Notes under the pieces: model-generated | Databases searched by the model: none | Seen by the model: the letters and a program-made list of their open reading frames with translations, nothing else | Told to the model about the DNA's origin: nothing | Virus record (IMG/VR): IMGVR_UViG_3300037258_000590 | Span: 1 to 64,000 of that record | Direction: 5' to 3' (one strand) | Length of the DNA stretch: 64,000 nucleotides | Shown: piece after piece, positions 7,778-16,452 of the stretch | Position numbering within the stretch: position 1 is the first letter of the stretch | Layout of the letters: the number at the start of each line of letters is the position of its first letter | Translations under genes and position numbers: made by a program

Positions 7778-7898
7778 TCTTGTCTCTGCGCGCCCGGTTC
7801 AGAATACTGGGACCAGGATGGTTGTTGATACGCTTGGAGACTAGAGAAGACGCAGGAGCAGTGCCCTCGGGTGCCGTCTCCGGATAACGGAGCGAGAT

Positions 7899-8807
7899 GT
7901 GGCGGAGGAAAGGCAGGAACGGCCCGCGCAGGCGGCTATCAGGCGCCCTGCGTCGGGCATCTCCATCGATCCTGGCCGGCTGGCCTGGTGGCGGGAAAGC
8001 CGTGGATGGTCTCGCCAGGACCTCTCTGATGCGGTCACCGCGCTCAGCCTCACCGATGAAGACGACGCCCCGCTGACCGTGACACGCGATGCGATCGCCA
8101 AGATCGAGAACGGCGAGCGCAAACCCAAGGCGCGCACTGTCCGGGCGCTGTGCGCTGCGCTGAGCAGGGTCCTGGCGCCGCAGTATGATGCTGCCGGCAC
8201 GTACACCGGGGACACCTGGGAACCGGCGCAAGCGCCCGTCAGCCCGCTGGATCTCATGCCGAGCACGACTCCGCTGACCCCGCATGAGGACGCGATGGCC
8301 CGTCGTCTCCGGCTTTCGCACAATCGTGACCTGCGCGCTTTCGCCCGCGAATACGGAATTCAGTACAAGAACCCGGTGTCGCAGCGCGTGTACTACTCCC
8401 GTCCGCTTCGCATCGCGTATAACCTGCTCATCGCCGGGGCGTCAGCAGAAGCGCTGGCCGCTGCCGTAGCGGGCGCTGTGGCGGCCAGCGCGGGCGGCCC
8501 TGCAGCCGGAGACAGCCTGGACCTGGATGACCTGGACGAACGAGACAGCATTACTGAACTGGACCTGTCTGCCCGTACGCATAACGCGCTCATCCGCGGC
8601 GAGCTGCCCGGCGGTCACTGGCAGCCCGTCCGCACGATCGGAGAGCTGACCGTCTGTACCGCCGCCGAGCTGTCCGCCATCCGGAATTTCGGCCTCACCT
8701 CGCTAGCGGAAGTCCGGGAAAACCTGGCCGCCGCCGGGTTCGCGCTCAAAGGCGAGGAACCGGCTAGCCGCGGGACGTCACCGGACCCTGCGCTGCTGGC
8801 CTCGTAA
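7899..8807 (+). CDS. XRE-family HTH regulator fused to an Lsr2-like domain and an RNA polymerase alpha C-terminal domain
   Basis: LAWWRESRGWSRQDL...IAKIENGERKP (XRE); SITELDLSARTHNALIR...TIGEL....AAELSAIRNFGLTSLAEVRENLAAAG (alpha-CTD). Confidence 0.88.
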   Translation: MAEERQERPAQAAIRRPASGISIDPGRLAWWRESRGWSRQDLSDAVTALSLTDEDDAPLTVTRDAIAKIENGERKPKARTVRALCAALSRVLAPQYDAAGTYTGDTWEPAQAPVSPLDLMPSTTPLTPHEDAMARRLRLSHNRDLRAFAREYGIQYKNPVSQRVYYSRPLRIAYNLLIAGASAEALAAAVAGAVAASAGGPAAGDSLDLDDLDERDSITELDLSARTHNALIRGELPGGHWQPVRTIGELTVCTAAELSAIRNFGLTSLAEVRENLAAAGFALKGEEPASRGTSPDPALLAS

Positions 8808-8819
8808 GAGCGGCTTGCG

Positions 8820-10340
8820 ATGGCGGCTGTCATCACCGGAACGCGGTGGCTCATCGCAGGTGCACTCATCGTCATGCTCGTGCTCCGGCTGGCCGGAGGC
8901 CGCGTCAGCGCGATGGCTGGCTGGGCACTGATAATCGCGGCTGCGGCGTGCGCAGCTGCCGGAGAAATCAGGAGGACCTATGGGATTCATCGGAGAGCGT
9001 ACGATCCGGCGTGTGTACGAGCCGCTGCCGGACGAGCGGGATGTGCCAGCGGAGGAGCCGGTTTCTGTTCCTGCGCCATCTGTGCCGGCAGTTCCTGTCT
9101 CAGCTTGACCTACGGGCTCTGGCAGCTGATGCCCAGAACTTTGCTCCAGCCGTCCGCTCCGGTAACAGGCCAGTTTCCGCTGCGTTTCGTGCCTGCGCGC
9201 ATCATGCGCTCTGGTGGCAGCGGGTTCGTCGCAGGAGCTGCCGGCCGTCTGCCGCCCGCCCTCAACCTGGCTGCCGGCGGGGGTTCTGGTGCTGGCAGTT
9301 ACTCCGCAGGGGCTGCTGGCGGGGGTTCTGGTGCCGGCGGCAGTTACTCCGCAGGGGCTGCTGGCGGGGGTTCTGGTGCCGGCGGGTCCGTCGCAGGGGC
9401 TGCCGGCGGCTCAGGAAGCGGGTATGCGTACGGGGGTCTCGTCAACGCCGGCGGGTCAGCGGGTGGCGGCCGTTATCCCGCGGGCAGCGTGAAACAAGGC
9501 CTGAACGACTTCGACGGCGCGGAGTTCGTGGCCGGAACCGTGCGCGGCTACCGGTGGTGGTCGCTGGTTGCCCCGCCGCTGCACCTGAGCCCGGCCAAAG
9601 CGGCGGATAGCTGGTATCCGGGGTTGCTGAACGGCATGCGCGGGCCGTGGCAGCCGGGCCTCAATCACGCGAGGTGCAACAGCGCCCGCCAGCACCAGCC
9701 CGCGGAGATCCCTGCCTCCGGCTGCGGCTGCGGGTGGTGGGCGTACTGGCAGATCCAGCACCACGACCTGAGCCTGTCCGGCGTCCAGATCCCGGTTGTC
9801 GGCGTGATCGAAGGCCGCGGCCAGGTCCTGATCGGGGAGCGGGGCTTCCGCGCGCAGCAAGCCACGGTCGTCGCCCTGCACCTGCCGTTCCGGATCGTCC
9901 CCGACCTGCCCGCGGACTGCGAGCCCGCACGGGACGCAGTACTGCTGAACTTCCGGGAGCAGCCGGAATACGGGCGGCACAATCCGTGGTGGAATCACCC
10001 GCTGTTTACCGGCGCCGTGCATAACCTCAGCACGGGCCGGCCATCAGGGCCCCCCGGCCGGGTGCAGCCACCAGAAGCCGGCCCTCGCAGGCAGCCTACC
10101 GCGGCTGAGGTCATCGGAGCGCAGGACCAGGCTGAAGCATGGATGGCGGTTATCGGGGATTACCTGGACCAGGCGTACCCGGACGCCCGGATGTTCGAGA
10201 CCCTGGACGCCATGCTGGCCGTATTCCCGCCCGCCCCGCAGAGCGTGCCCCGGGAAACGCAATGTTACATGTGCCAGGAATGGTTCCCCGACATACACGA
10301 TCACTACATGTCGTGCGGTAAGTTCCGTTTCGGCGCCTGA
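8820..10340 (+). CDS. Hypothetical protein: possible N-terminal TM helices, Gly-rich repeats, conserved RGYRWW...C.CG.WAY...G.RA domain, C-terminal Zn finger; true start may be 9129
   Basis: Open frame of 506 codons; a nested ORF with a strong SD at 8980 argues that the start is ambiguous. Confidence 0.75.
   Translation: MAAVITGTRWLIAGALIVMLVLRLAGGRVSAMAGWALIIAAAACAAAGEIRRTYGIHRRAYDPACVRAAAGRAGCASGGAGFCSCAICAGSSCLSLTYGLWQLMPRTLLQPSAPVTGQFPLRFVPARIMRSGGSGFVAGAAGRLPPALNLAAGGGSGAGSYSAGAAGGGSGAGGSYSAGAAGGGSGAGGSVAGAAGGSGSGYAYGGLVNAGGSAGGGRYPAGSVKQGLNDFDGAEFVAGTVRGYRWWSLVAPPLHLSPAKAADSWYPGLLNGMRGPWQPGLNHARCNSARQHQPAEIPASGCGCGWWAYWQIQHHDLSLSGVQIPVVGVIEGRGQVLIGERGFRAQQATVVALHLPFRIVPDLPADCEPARDAVLLNFREQPEYGRHNPWWNHPLFTGAVHNLSTGRPSGPPGRVQPPEAGPRRQPTAAEVIGAQDQAEAWMAVIGDYLDQAYPDARMFETLDAMLAVFPPAPQSVPRETQCYMCQEWFPDIHDHYMSCGKFRFGA
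8980..9108 (+). CDS. 42-aa acidic Pro-rich peptide (MGFIGERTIRRVYEPLPDERDVPAEEPVSVPAPSVPAVPVSA)
   Basis: AGGAGG directly upstream of ATG 8980; lies in the +1 frame inside the 8820 ORF. Confidence 0.6.
   Translation: MGFIGERTIRRVYEPLPDERDVPAEEPVSVPAPSVPAVPVSA
9276..9420 (+). repeat. Three imperfect 42-45-bp coding repeats (GGGSGAG(G)SYSAGAA)
   Basis: Direct repeats visible in both DNA and translation. Confidence 0.8.
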
Positions 10341-10343
10341 GCC

Positions 10344-10402
10344 AGCCCGGCCCGCGTCAGCTAGTCTCCGCCCTTAGCCTGACCTGGGCCGGGCTCCTTT
10401 TT
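10344..10402 (+). terminator. Intrinsic terminator
   Basis: AGCCCGGCCC/GGGCCGGGCT outer stem, inner GTCAG/CTGAC pairing, followed by CCTTTTT. Confidence 0.75.
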
Positions 10403-10433
10403 ACCTATATAAAATGTAGCTGCACAGCCAGTT

Positions 10434-10463
10434 TTGACAAATCCTTCAACGTCATTGTAGACT
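10434..10463 (+). promoter_or_regulatory. SigA/HrdB-type promoter
   Basis: TTGACA-N18-TAGACT, 47 nt upstream of ATG 10511. Confidence 0.8.
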
Positions 10464-10510
10464 GGTAAGGACGGCAGAGATACACGCGGCACCCACCCGG
10501 AAGGACCTCC

Positions 10511-11833
10511 ATGGGAACCATCACCACCCAGGCTAGGAACGCCGAGCTTCCCGACATCCTCACCATCTTGCAGGAGCAGCGAGCCCGGCGGCTGGATGTC
10601 GTGGTGCGTCACGGCATGATCGATGCTTACGGCGGCCACCTGCTCGTCCGCGAGGGCGACTCCACGCAGTGGATGAGCGACGAAGAAGGCGTCACCTCGG
10701 CAGCCGGGCTCTACGTGCCCACCGCGGTCGGCGACGAAGGACTGGCAGGTCTCCTCGGCGTTGACGGCGGTTTCCTCAAGAAACTGCGCCGGCTCGATCC
10801 CGCACGCACCGACCTGTGGGATGCCCTGATCAACGGGTTCCTGCACGGCGGCAGCGAGACCATCGACGGCGAGACGCTGAACTACCCGCCCTACGACGGC
10901 GCTATCCTGCTGCGCCTGCTCAAGGGCGATGACACCACGGACGGCGTGCTGCGCGCGGCGCTGTCGCCCCGGTACAAGATCATCGACAACCTCGATGTCT
11001 TGCTCGCGGTCATGGACGGGCTCCGCAAGGCCGGCGTCAGCGCCATCCCTGACGTGTCCGACCTGACCGACCGCCGGATGCATGTCCGGTTCTCCGTCCC
11101 TGAGATCGCAGCGCTCGCGCCCGTGCTGCTGGACAGCTACCGGTCCCCGTTCGACGGGCCTGGCGGCGTGCAGCGGGCCGGCCAGGACGGCAGTCCTGGA
11201 ATGCGGCTCGACGTCGGCCGTTTCGGCCAGGGCGCTGAGGGCCTGCAGCGTGTCCTGGCGCTAGCCCGGCGCGAAGGCCAGGAGTACCCGCCTGGCCAGG
11301 AACCGGTGGTCTTCGCGGGCATCAAGGTCACCAACTCTGACGTGGGCGAGGGCGCCCGTTCTATCGCACCAGAGATCGTGGTGCAGATCTGCGGTAACCG
11401 GTTCACGCTCACCGCCGCCGCCGACCGGGCCGTGCATCTCGGCTCTCAGAAGGACGAAGGTGTCATCAAGTGGTCCGCGGAGACCGCGGAGCGCGAACTG
11501 GCACTGATTACCTCTCAGGCCGCCGATGCGGTACGGACTTTCCTCACTCCTGAGTGGTTCACCGGCAAGGTGGCCGAGATCGAGGCCCTGGCCGGCGTAC
11601 CGGTGAGCAAGCCCGAAGCCGTCATCAAGGACGTTTCCAAGGCTGCCGGGTTCACCCAGGGCGAGACTGCTGACATCCTGGCGCACTTCTTCCGGGGGGG
11701 CGCGTTTACCTCTGGTGGCGTGGCCAGCGCAGTCACCTCGGTCAGCCAGACCCTGGACAGCGCCGACCGCGCGGCCGAGCTGGACGCCAAGGCGGTTGAC
11801 GTCATGGCTCACGCGGCACATCTCGCTCGCTGA
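10511..11833 (+). CDS. DUF932-family phage/plasmid protein
   Basis: RAALSPRYKIIDNLDVL, LTDRRMHVRF and GIKVTNSDVG.GA..I...I...ICGN motifs; GGAAGGA SD. Confidence 0.75.
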   Translation: MGTITTQARNAELPDILTILQEQRARRLDVVVRHGMIDAYGGHLLVREGDSTQWMSDEEGVTSAAGLYVPTAVGDEGLAGLLGVDGGFLKKLRRLDPARTDLWDALINGFLHGGSETIDGETLNYPPYDGAILLRLLKGDDTTDGVLRAALSPRYKIIDNLDVLLAVMDGLRKAGVSAIPDVSDLTDRRMHVRFSVPEIAALAPVLLDSYRSPFDGPGGVQRAGQDGSPGMRLDVGRFGQGAEGLQRVLALARREGQEYPPGQEPVVFAGIKVTNSDVGEGARSIAPEIVVQICGNRFTLTAAADRAVHLGSQKDEGVIKWSAETAERELALITSQAADAVRTFLTPEWFTGKVAEIEALAGVPVSKPEAVIKDVSKAAGFTQGETADILAHFFRGGAFTSGGVASAVTSVSQTLDSADRAAELDAKAVDVMAHAAHLAR

Positions 11834-11840
11834 AACGGCC

Positions 11841-11873
11841 CGCCCGGCCCCTGCCTGAACCAGGGGCCGGGCG
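11841..11873 (+). terminator. GC-rich hairpin after DUF932 gene
   Basis: Perfect 13-bp stem CGCCCGGCCCCTG/CAGGGGCCGGGCG, 7-nt loop, no U tract. Confidence 0.7.
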
Positions 11874-11910
11874 GCGCTCCACATGCCCTGTAGCGATGAA
11901 AGGAATGCCC

Positions 11911-12165
11911 GTGAATGACAAAGGGCTGCTGACCGGCTGGACCGCGCTCCTGGTCGTGGCCGGGTTCGGGCTGGTTGTAGCAGGCGGAGCGCTGGCCCCG
12001 GATGGCAAGCTGTACGTCTGGCTGCTCATCGGAGCGTGGTGCCTGACGCTGACCGCGTTCAGCAACGTCTACCGGAAGGTCCGGGACAAGGTAACGGAGC
12101 GCGCGATCCGCGACGACGAGCGGCGCCGGCTGAGCGGCCTGCCTGCCCAGGACAAGAGCCCGTGA
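11911..12165 (+). CDS. Small two-TM membrane protein
   Basis: AAAGGA SD; two hydrophobic segments. Confidence 0.7.
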   Translation: MNDKGLLTGWTALLVVAGFGLVVAGGALAPDGKLYVWLLIGAWCLTLTAFSNVYRKVRDKVTERAIRDDERRRLSGLPAQDKSP

Positions 12166-12449
12166 GCCGGGGCAGACTCCGGGACCTGGCTGACATCGCG
12201 CATGAGGTGCGCTGGGCCGCCCTGGTCGTCGGCGCCGCCATCCCGCTGGCTGCTCCCGCTGGGCCAGGGCCGTCCGGACACGCGGCTGCTGACCGGACGG
12301 CCCTGCGCGCGGGCGCGTTCAAGCTGGTTCTCGCTGAGCTGATGGACTGCGAGATCATCTGCAGCGCGGCCAGCATGGACGAGTTGCTGGCGGGCCGCCT
12401 GCCTTCCGGGATGAACGAAGCTGACGAGCCCGCCGGACCGGTGACCTGA
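12162..12449 (+). CDS. Hypothetical protein
   Basis: GTGA coupling. Confidence 0.6.
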   Translation: MSRGRLRDLADIAHEVRWAALVVGAAIPLAAPAGPGPSGHAAADRTALRAGAFKLVLAELMDCEIICSAASMDELLAGRLPSGMNEADEPAGPVT

Positions 12450-12450
12450 C

Positions 12451-12846
12451 GTGACCGCGCCGAAGGTCGTCAGCACTGCGGCTAAGGCTTACCTGGTGTG
12501 CTCGCTGGACGTGCACGTTGAGCCGGGCAGCGTACCGGACAGGCCTGTGCCGTATGACGTGCACGCCACGTTCCGGCCGGACCGGCTCCGGCTTTCGTTC
12601 CAGGTCAGTGCTGAGCATGACCAGCTGGGCATGCTCAGTGCTGCCGCAGTCAGGCCTGATTTTGCCGCCCGCGGGGAGGCTGCCGCATCCGGGGTCGTCC
12701 TGTACGGCCTGCGGCTGCACGATGACGGGCACCCGGGTGACCGCAAGGTGACCGAGCATTTCCGCGTCCCTGCGGAGCGTGCTCCAGGATGGGTGCAGGA
12801 GATTATCGCGAGCACGCTGGCCGGCCTGACCGGAGGGCCGTCATGA
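12451..12846 (+). CDS. Hypothetical protein
   Basis: Abuts previous stop; ATGA coupling downstream. Confidence 0.7.
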   Translation: MTAPKVVSTAAKAYLVCSLDVHVEPGSVPDRPVPYDVHATFRPDRLRLSFQVSAEHDQLGMLSAAAVRPDFAARGEAAASGVVLYGLRLHDDGHPGDRKVTEHFRVPAERAPGWVQEIIASTLAGLTGGPS

Positions 12847-13229
12847 GCATCCCGGTCATGGTGACCATGAAGGACGGCACGAAGATCACGCTTTACCGCC
12901 GGGATGGTACGGGAACCATGGAAGGCTTGCGGGAGCCGCTGTTCTTCCGGGCCTGGCAAGCCACCGCGGAGGGCGCCAGCGCATTCGGCACGACCGAAGA
13001 CGCCGCGATCGCCGCCCTGCTGGACAAGCTGTACCTGCTGCGCCCCGCCCTGGCCCCGGAACCGCGGCGTTTCCTGCAGCCGGAGGAGGAAGTCCTGGAG
13101 TGCCCGCAGTGCCCGGCCACGCCCGGCGAGCCATGCGAGAACGTAACCGCGGGCGGGCACAAGCCGCTTGTCCGCCCGCACAAGAGCCGCACCGCTGCCT
13201 GGCAGGCACGAGGGAGCGCTGACCAATGA
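12843..13229 (+). CDS. Protein with C-terminal phage zinc finger (CPQC.A.PGEPC...H..R)
   Basis: GGAGGG SD; zinc-finger motif. Confidence 0.75.
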   Translation: MSIPVMVTMKDGTKITLYRRDGTGTMEGLREPLFFRAWQATAEGASAFGTTEDAAIAALLDKLYLLRPALAPEPRRFLQPEEEVLECPQCPATPGEPCENVTAGGHKPLVRPHKSRTAAWQARGSADQ

Positions 13230-13453
13230 CGGCTGATGAGGGGTACTGGTACCTGGTAACCGCTGATAACTCCGCGGACTCGCAGGTCCGGAAGGTGTAC
13301 GACGGCATTGACGGGGCTGACGCCATGGGCGCGCTGAGCCACGCGATCGCTGGCCGGGCCGAGCACGTCATGCTGGAAGCGATGCTCCTGATCCAGCCGG
13401 TGCCCGCACCCGAGCGAGCTGGGCTAGCTGAGACCGAGAGGCAGCAGGCATGA
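13226..13453 (+). CDS. Hypothetical protein
   Basis: ATGA coupling. Confidence 0.7.
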   Translation: MTADEGYWYLVTADNSADSQVRKVYDGIDGADAMGALSHAIAGRAEHVMLEAMLLIQPVPAPERAGLAETERQQA

Positions 13454-13644
13454 CTGCCAGCATCGGGCACCTGCAGGACATCCACTCTGGTGACCGGGGG
13501 CTTTTCGATGGAGGCGATTGCCGCAGCACCCACGAGCGTTCCGCGTGGGTGCTGCGGGACGTCATGACCGGCGAGCGCAAGGACCGTGAGTACCCGGGCC
13601 GCCGCCAGTCCCGGTTGATCCGGCCGGGGGCAGGCCAGCTGTGA
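13450..13644 (+). CDS. Hypothetical protein
   Basis: ATGA/GTGA coupling. Confidence 0.65.
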   Translation: MTASIGHLQDIHSGDRGLFDGGDCRSTHERSAWVLRDVMTGERKDREYPGRRQSRLIRPGAGQL

Positions 13645-14117
13645 ACACTCCGGGCGGGGTCGCGTCAGCTCGTAAGAACCCGTGCGCGAGCTGCCCGTAC
13701 CGGCGTGACTGCCCGTCCGGGGTCTGGCATGCCGATGAGTACGCGATCCTGCTTCATTTCGACGGCCCGGTCGCGCAGCAAGCCCTGTCCGCGCACGGGT
13801 GCGGGATTTTCTACTGCCATCAGTCAGACGGCATGCTCTGCGCGGGCTGGGCCGGGCACCGCGAGCCGTACGACATCCTGGCTATCCGTCTCGGTGTCGC
13901 CAGCGGCCGGGTCAGCCCGTCCGTCCTGGGCTACCGCACCAGCGTGCCGCTGTTCGCCACCGGGGCGCAGGCGGCTGCGCACGGCATGCGCGATTACGTG
14001 CAGCCTCCCCTGGAGACAGTGCGCGCCGTTGCCAAGATCATCCGGGTCCGGGCGCTGTGCGGGAGCCCGGTAGACAGCGACAACCTGGAGGGAGGCGCTC
14101 ATGAGCAGGAGACGTAA
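13641..14117 (+). CDS. DUF6283-like Cys-rich protein
   Basis: PCASCPYRRD.PSG.W..DEY..L; FYCHQ...LCAGW; LAIRL. Confidence 0.75.
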   Translation: MNTPGGVASARKNPCASCPYRRDCPSGVWHADEYAILLHFDGPVAQQALSAHGCGIFYCHQSDGMLCAGWAGHREPYDILAIRLGVASGRVSPSVLGYRTSVPLFATGAQAAAHGMRDYVQPPLETVRAVAKIIRVRALCGSPVDSDNLEGGAHEQET

Positions 14118-16443
14118 GGTCCCGCCTAAGAACCCCGGGCAGCAGCCAGCCCGCGGAGAGCTGCGCACGCCCGCGAGTTTCCCGCTGACGCCTGGCCAGC
14201 AGTCAGCGGTCAATGACGCGCTTTCCCGCCAGGGCGGCCCTGCCTCTGAGTTCAGCGTGCCCGGATTGCCGGGAAAACTGCGTGAACGCGTGCTTGATTC
14301 TGTGGCTCCGCGCCCTGGGCGTCCGCCTGGTAGCCGGGAAGGTTCCTGGCGGTTTCCGCAGCAAGGGAGACCGGGCGATCCTGATGATACCCTCGGAGCC
14401 CGCCTGGAGGCGATCTCCCCGGGACTGGCCGCCAGGCTGCGCGACGGGCTCGGGCCGGAAGAACTGCGCGAGCTGAGCCCGGCGATAGCCAAGGCGATGC
14501 GTGATGCGGGCGCTGCTGCCGGCGCGTACTCATTCAGCCATGGCGATCCGGGATACGGGACGAAGATTCACGTCACGGAGCCTGGTGTGCTGGCGACGGC
14601 GCAAGCCTGTCCAGAAGATTCGCGTTCAGGCCGGGTCACGCCTTCCGGCCAGGTGCCGGCTGCGTTCCGCCGCCCGGGAGGCACAGTGCTGGCTAAGGCT
14701 GTCATCGGAGGTAAGCGCACGGACGGAGGCGAAGGCCTTCCTTACGGCATCCAGCCAGGTGACATCATCGCTGTTGAGCAACCTCTGGACTACGCGGATA
14801 CCGGGATCGCCCTGCCTCCCGAAGACGGCCATGAGCCTGGCTCGAAGGTCTGGCGCCCGGCCGGAGAACAGCTGGAAGGCCTGGATGAGCTGCTGCGCCG
14901 GGGGCGCGCGATGCTGGACAGCGGGATGTCCTCGGAAGATGTCGCCGCGGAGCTGGCCACCGGATATGCGGAGTCAGCTGGCGCAGGTTCCGGCAACGCT
15001 GGAGAAGCGCGCCTGGTAGCCGCCGTCCAGGTCCGGGCAGGCGCGCCGCTTGACGAGACGCGGCTGCACCCGGAACTGCGCGGCACGGATCCCGACACGA
15101 TGATCCCGGTGATCATCAGCAACGCGGAAGACAAGCCGGAAGGCGCCGGCGCGTTTTTTGGCCGCCTGACCCGGGACGTGCATACCGAATCAGGCGCGGT
15201 CTGGCCCGCTGGGGCGCTGGTCTGGCGGGATACCAGCCTGGACGCCGGAGAAATGCCGGCTGACCGGCTCATGTACGACGAGGATAGCGGCCCGGTCATT
15301 GCCCGCGGACGGCCTGCGCGGACGTCGTGGACCGCCGGGGACGTCCTGAACCAGCACGTGCGGCTGGCTGCGCGCTTCGCTGCCGCAGGGCCGGAGATCG
15401 CCAGTTACCTCGCGCACCTGATGAACGCGTCGCTGAAGGATGACGCGGATCAGGCTGGCCGGGGGCACTGGCCGGTGCAAGCCGAGCGCGAGCGCAGCGC
15501 TGAGGACGGGCTGAAAATGACGCGCTTGATCGGCCGCCAGCTGCGTGACGCGCTGACCTACCAGGTGACCGCGCCGATGCTGGAGCGCATGCGCCAGTCT
15601 GAGGAACTGCTGCCTGGCGTCCAGCGGCTCAGCGCCTCAGATCTTCCGGCCGCGACCGGGTTCGCGTGGCTGGAAGACCCGTGGCTGATCCCGGTCGCTG
15701 ACGGGCTGCTGCCGGTACGCGCGCTCGGCTGGGAGAAGATCGCGGTGCCGGCCACGGTATTCATGCCCGGTACCCGGCACGCGACCGCCGACGCGGTGCG
15801 GTTCGTCTTCTGGGTGTACCTGCCCGATATCGTTGCGGCCGGGTACTTCAACGATAAAGACCTGCAATTGCGCAGCATCACCGAAGACCTCGGCGAACTG
15901 ATCGCGCATCACGTGACCGTCTTGCCGTTCCAGTACGCGTTCACCCTCAGGAACACGCACCGGGCCGAGTCGATGTCGATGATCGCGCTCATCCACAGCC
16001 TGTGGACGTACCTGGGGATGGAGCTGTCGGTCTCGCGGAAGGTGCGCCCGGCCAGCGCCGGCCACAGCAAGCGCGTCCTGCGTTCCCTGCGGCACGACGC
16101 GGTGCACGTGGTCACCCTGCGGCACGTCAGCTACATCGGCGACGGCCCCGGCGGCCACCGCGTGGTCAACCGGACCTGCAAATGGTGGGTGGATGACTTC
16201 TACCGGCACCTTGACTCTTACCGGGACGAGGATGAGAACGGCCGCCCGCGCCGCCATTCGGCTGTTCCGTCCGGGCAGGAACGCACTGACCCCGAGCCGG
16301 GGGACTTCGACGTCTGCGGCGTCTGCCTGGCCCGCGGGCAGACGGTCCGCATTACTCAGGTTCACGGCCATCGTCGCGGCCCCGCGCACCTGCCCTGGAG
16401 AGCCCCGGCCAAGGGCCGTACCGTTTACCGGCTAGCCAGGTAG
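14101..16443 (+). CDS. Large uncharacterised protein (780 aa)
   Basis: GGAGG SD; long GC3-rich frame; C-terminal VHVVTLRH...W.V...RH...HGHRRGP..LP motif. Confidence 0.85.
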   Translation: MSRRRKVPPKNPGQQPARGELRTPASFPLTPGQQSAVNDALSRQGGPASEFSVPGLPGKLRERVLDSVAPRPGRPPGSREGSWRFPQQGRPGDPDDTLGARLEAISPGLAARLRDGLGPEELRELSPAIAKAMRDAGAAAGAYSFSHGDPGYGTKIHVTEPGVLATAQACPEDSRSGRVTPSGQVPAAFRRPGGTVLAKAVIGGKRTDGGEGLPYGIQPGDIIAVEQPLDYADTGIALPPEDGHEPGSKVWRPAGEQLEGLDELLRRGRAMLDSGMSSEDVAAELATGYAESAGAGSGNAGEARLVAAVQVRAGAPLDETRLHPELRGTDPDTMIPVIISNAEDKPEGAGAFFGRLTRDVHTESGAVWPAGALVWRDTSLDAGEMPADRLMYDEDSGPVIARGRPARTSWTAGDVLNQHVRLAARFAAAGPEIASYLAHLMNASLKDDADQAGRGHWPVQAERERSAEDGLKMTRLIGRQLRDALTYQVTAPMLERMRQSEELLPGVQRLSASDLPAATGFAWLEDPWLIPVADGLLPVRALGWEKIAVPATVFMPGTRHATADAVRFVFWVYLPDIVAAGYFNDKDLQLRSITEDLGELIAHHVTVLPFQYAFTLRNTHRAESMSMIALIHSLWTYLGMELSVSRKVRPASAGHSKRVLRSLRHDAVHVVTLRHVSYIGDGPGGHRVVNRTCKWWVDDFYRHLDSYRDEDENGRPRRHSAVPSGQERTDPEPGDFDVCGVCLARGQTVRITQVHGHRRGPAHLPWRAPAKGRTVYRLAR

Positions 16444-16452
16444 GAGCAGATC

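Noticed and set aside
7899-8807. Calling this rpoA
   Set aside because: Only the C-terminal domain is present; the alpha N-terminal assembly domain is absent.
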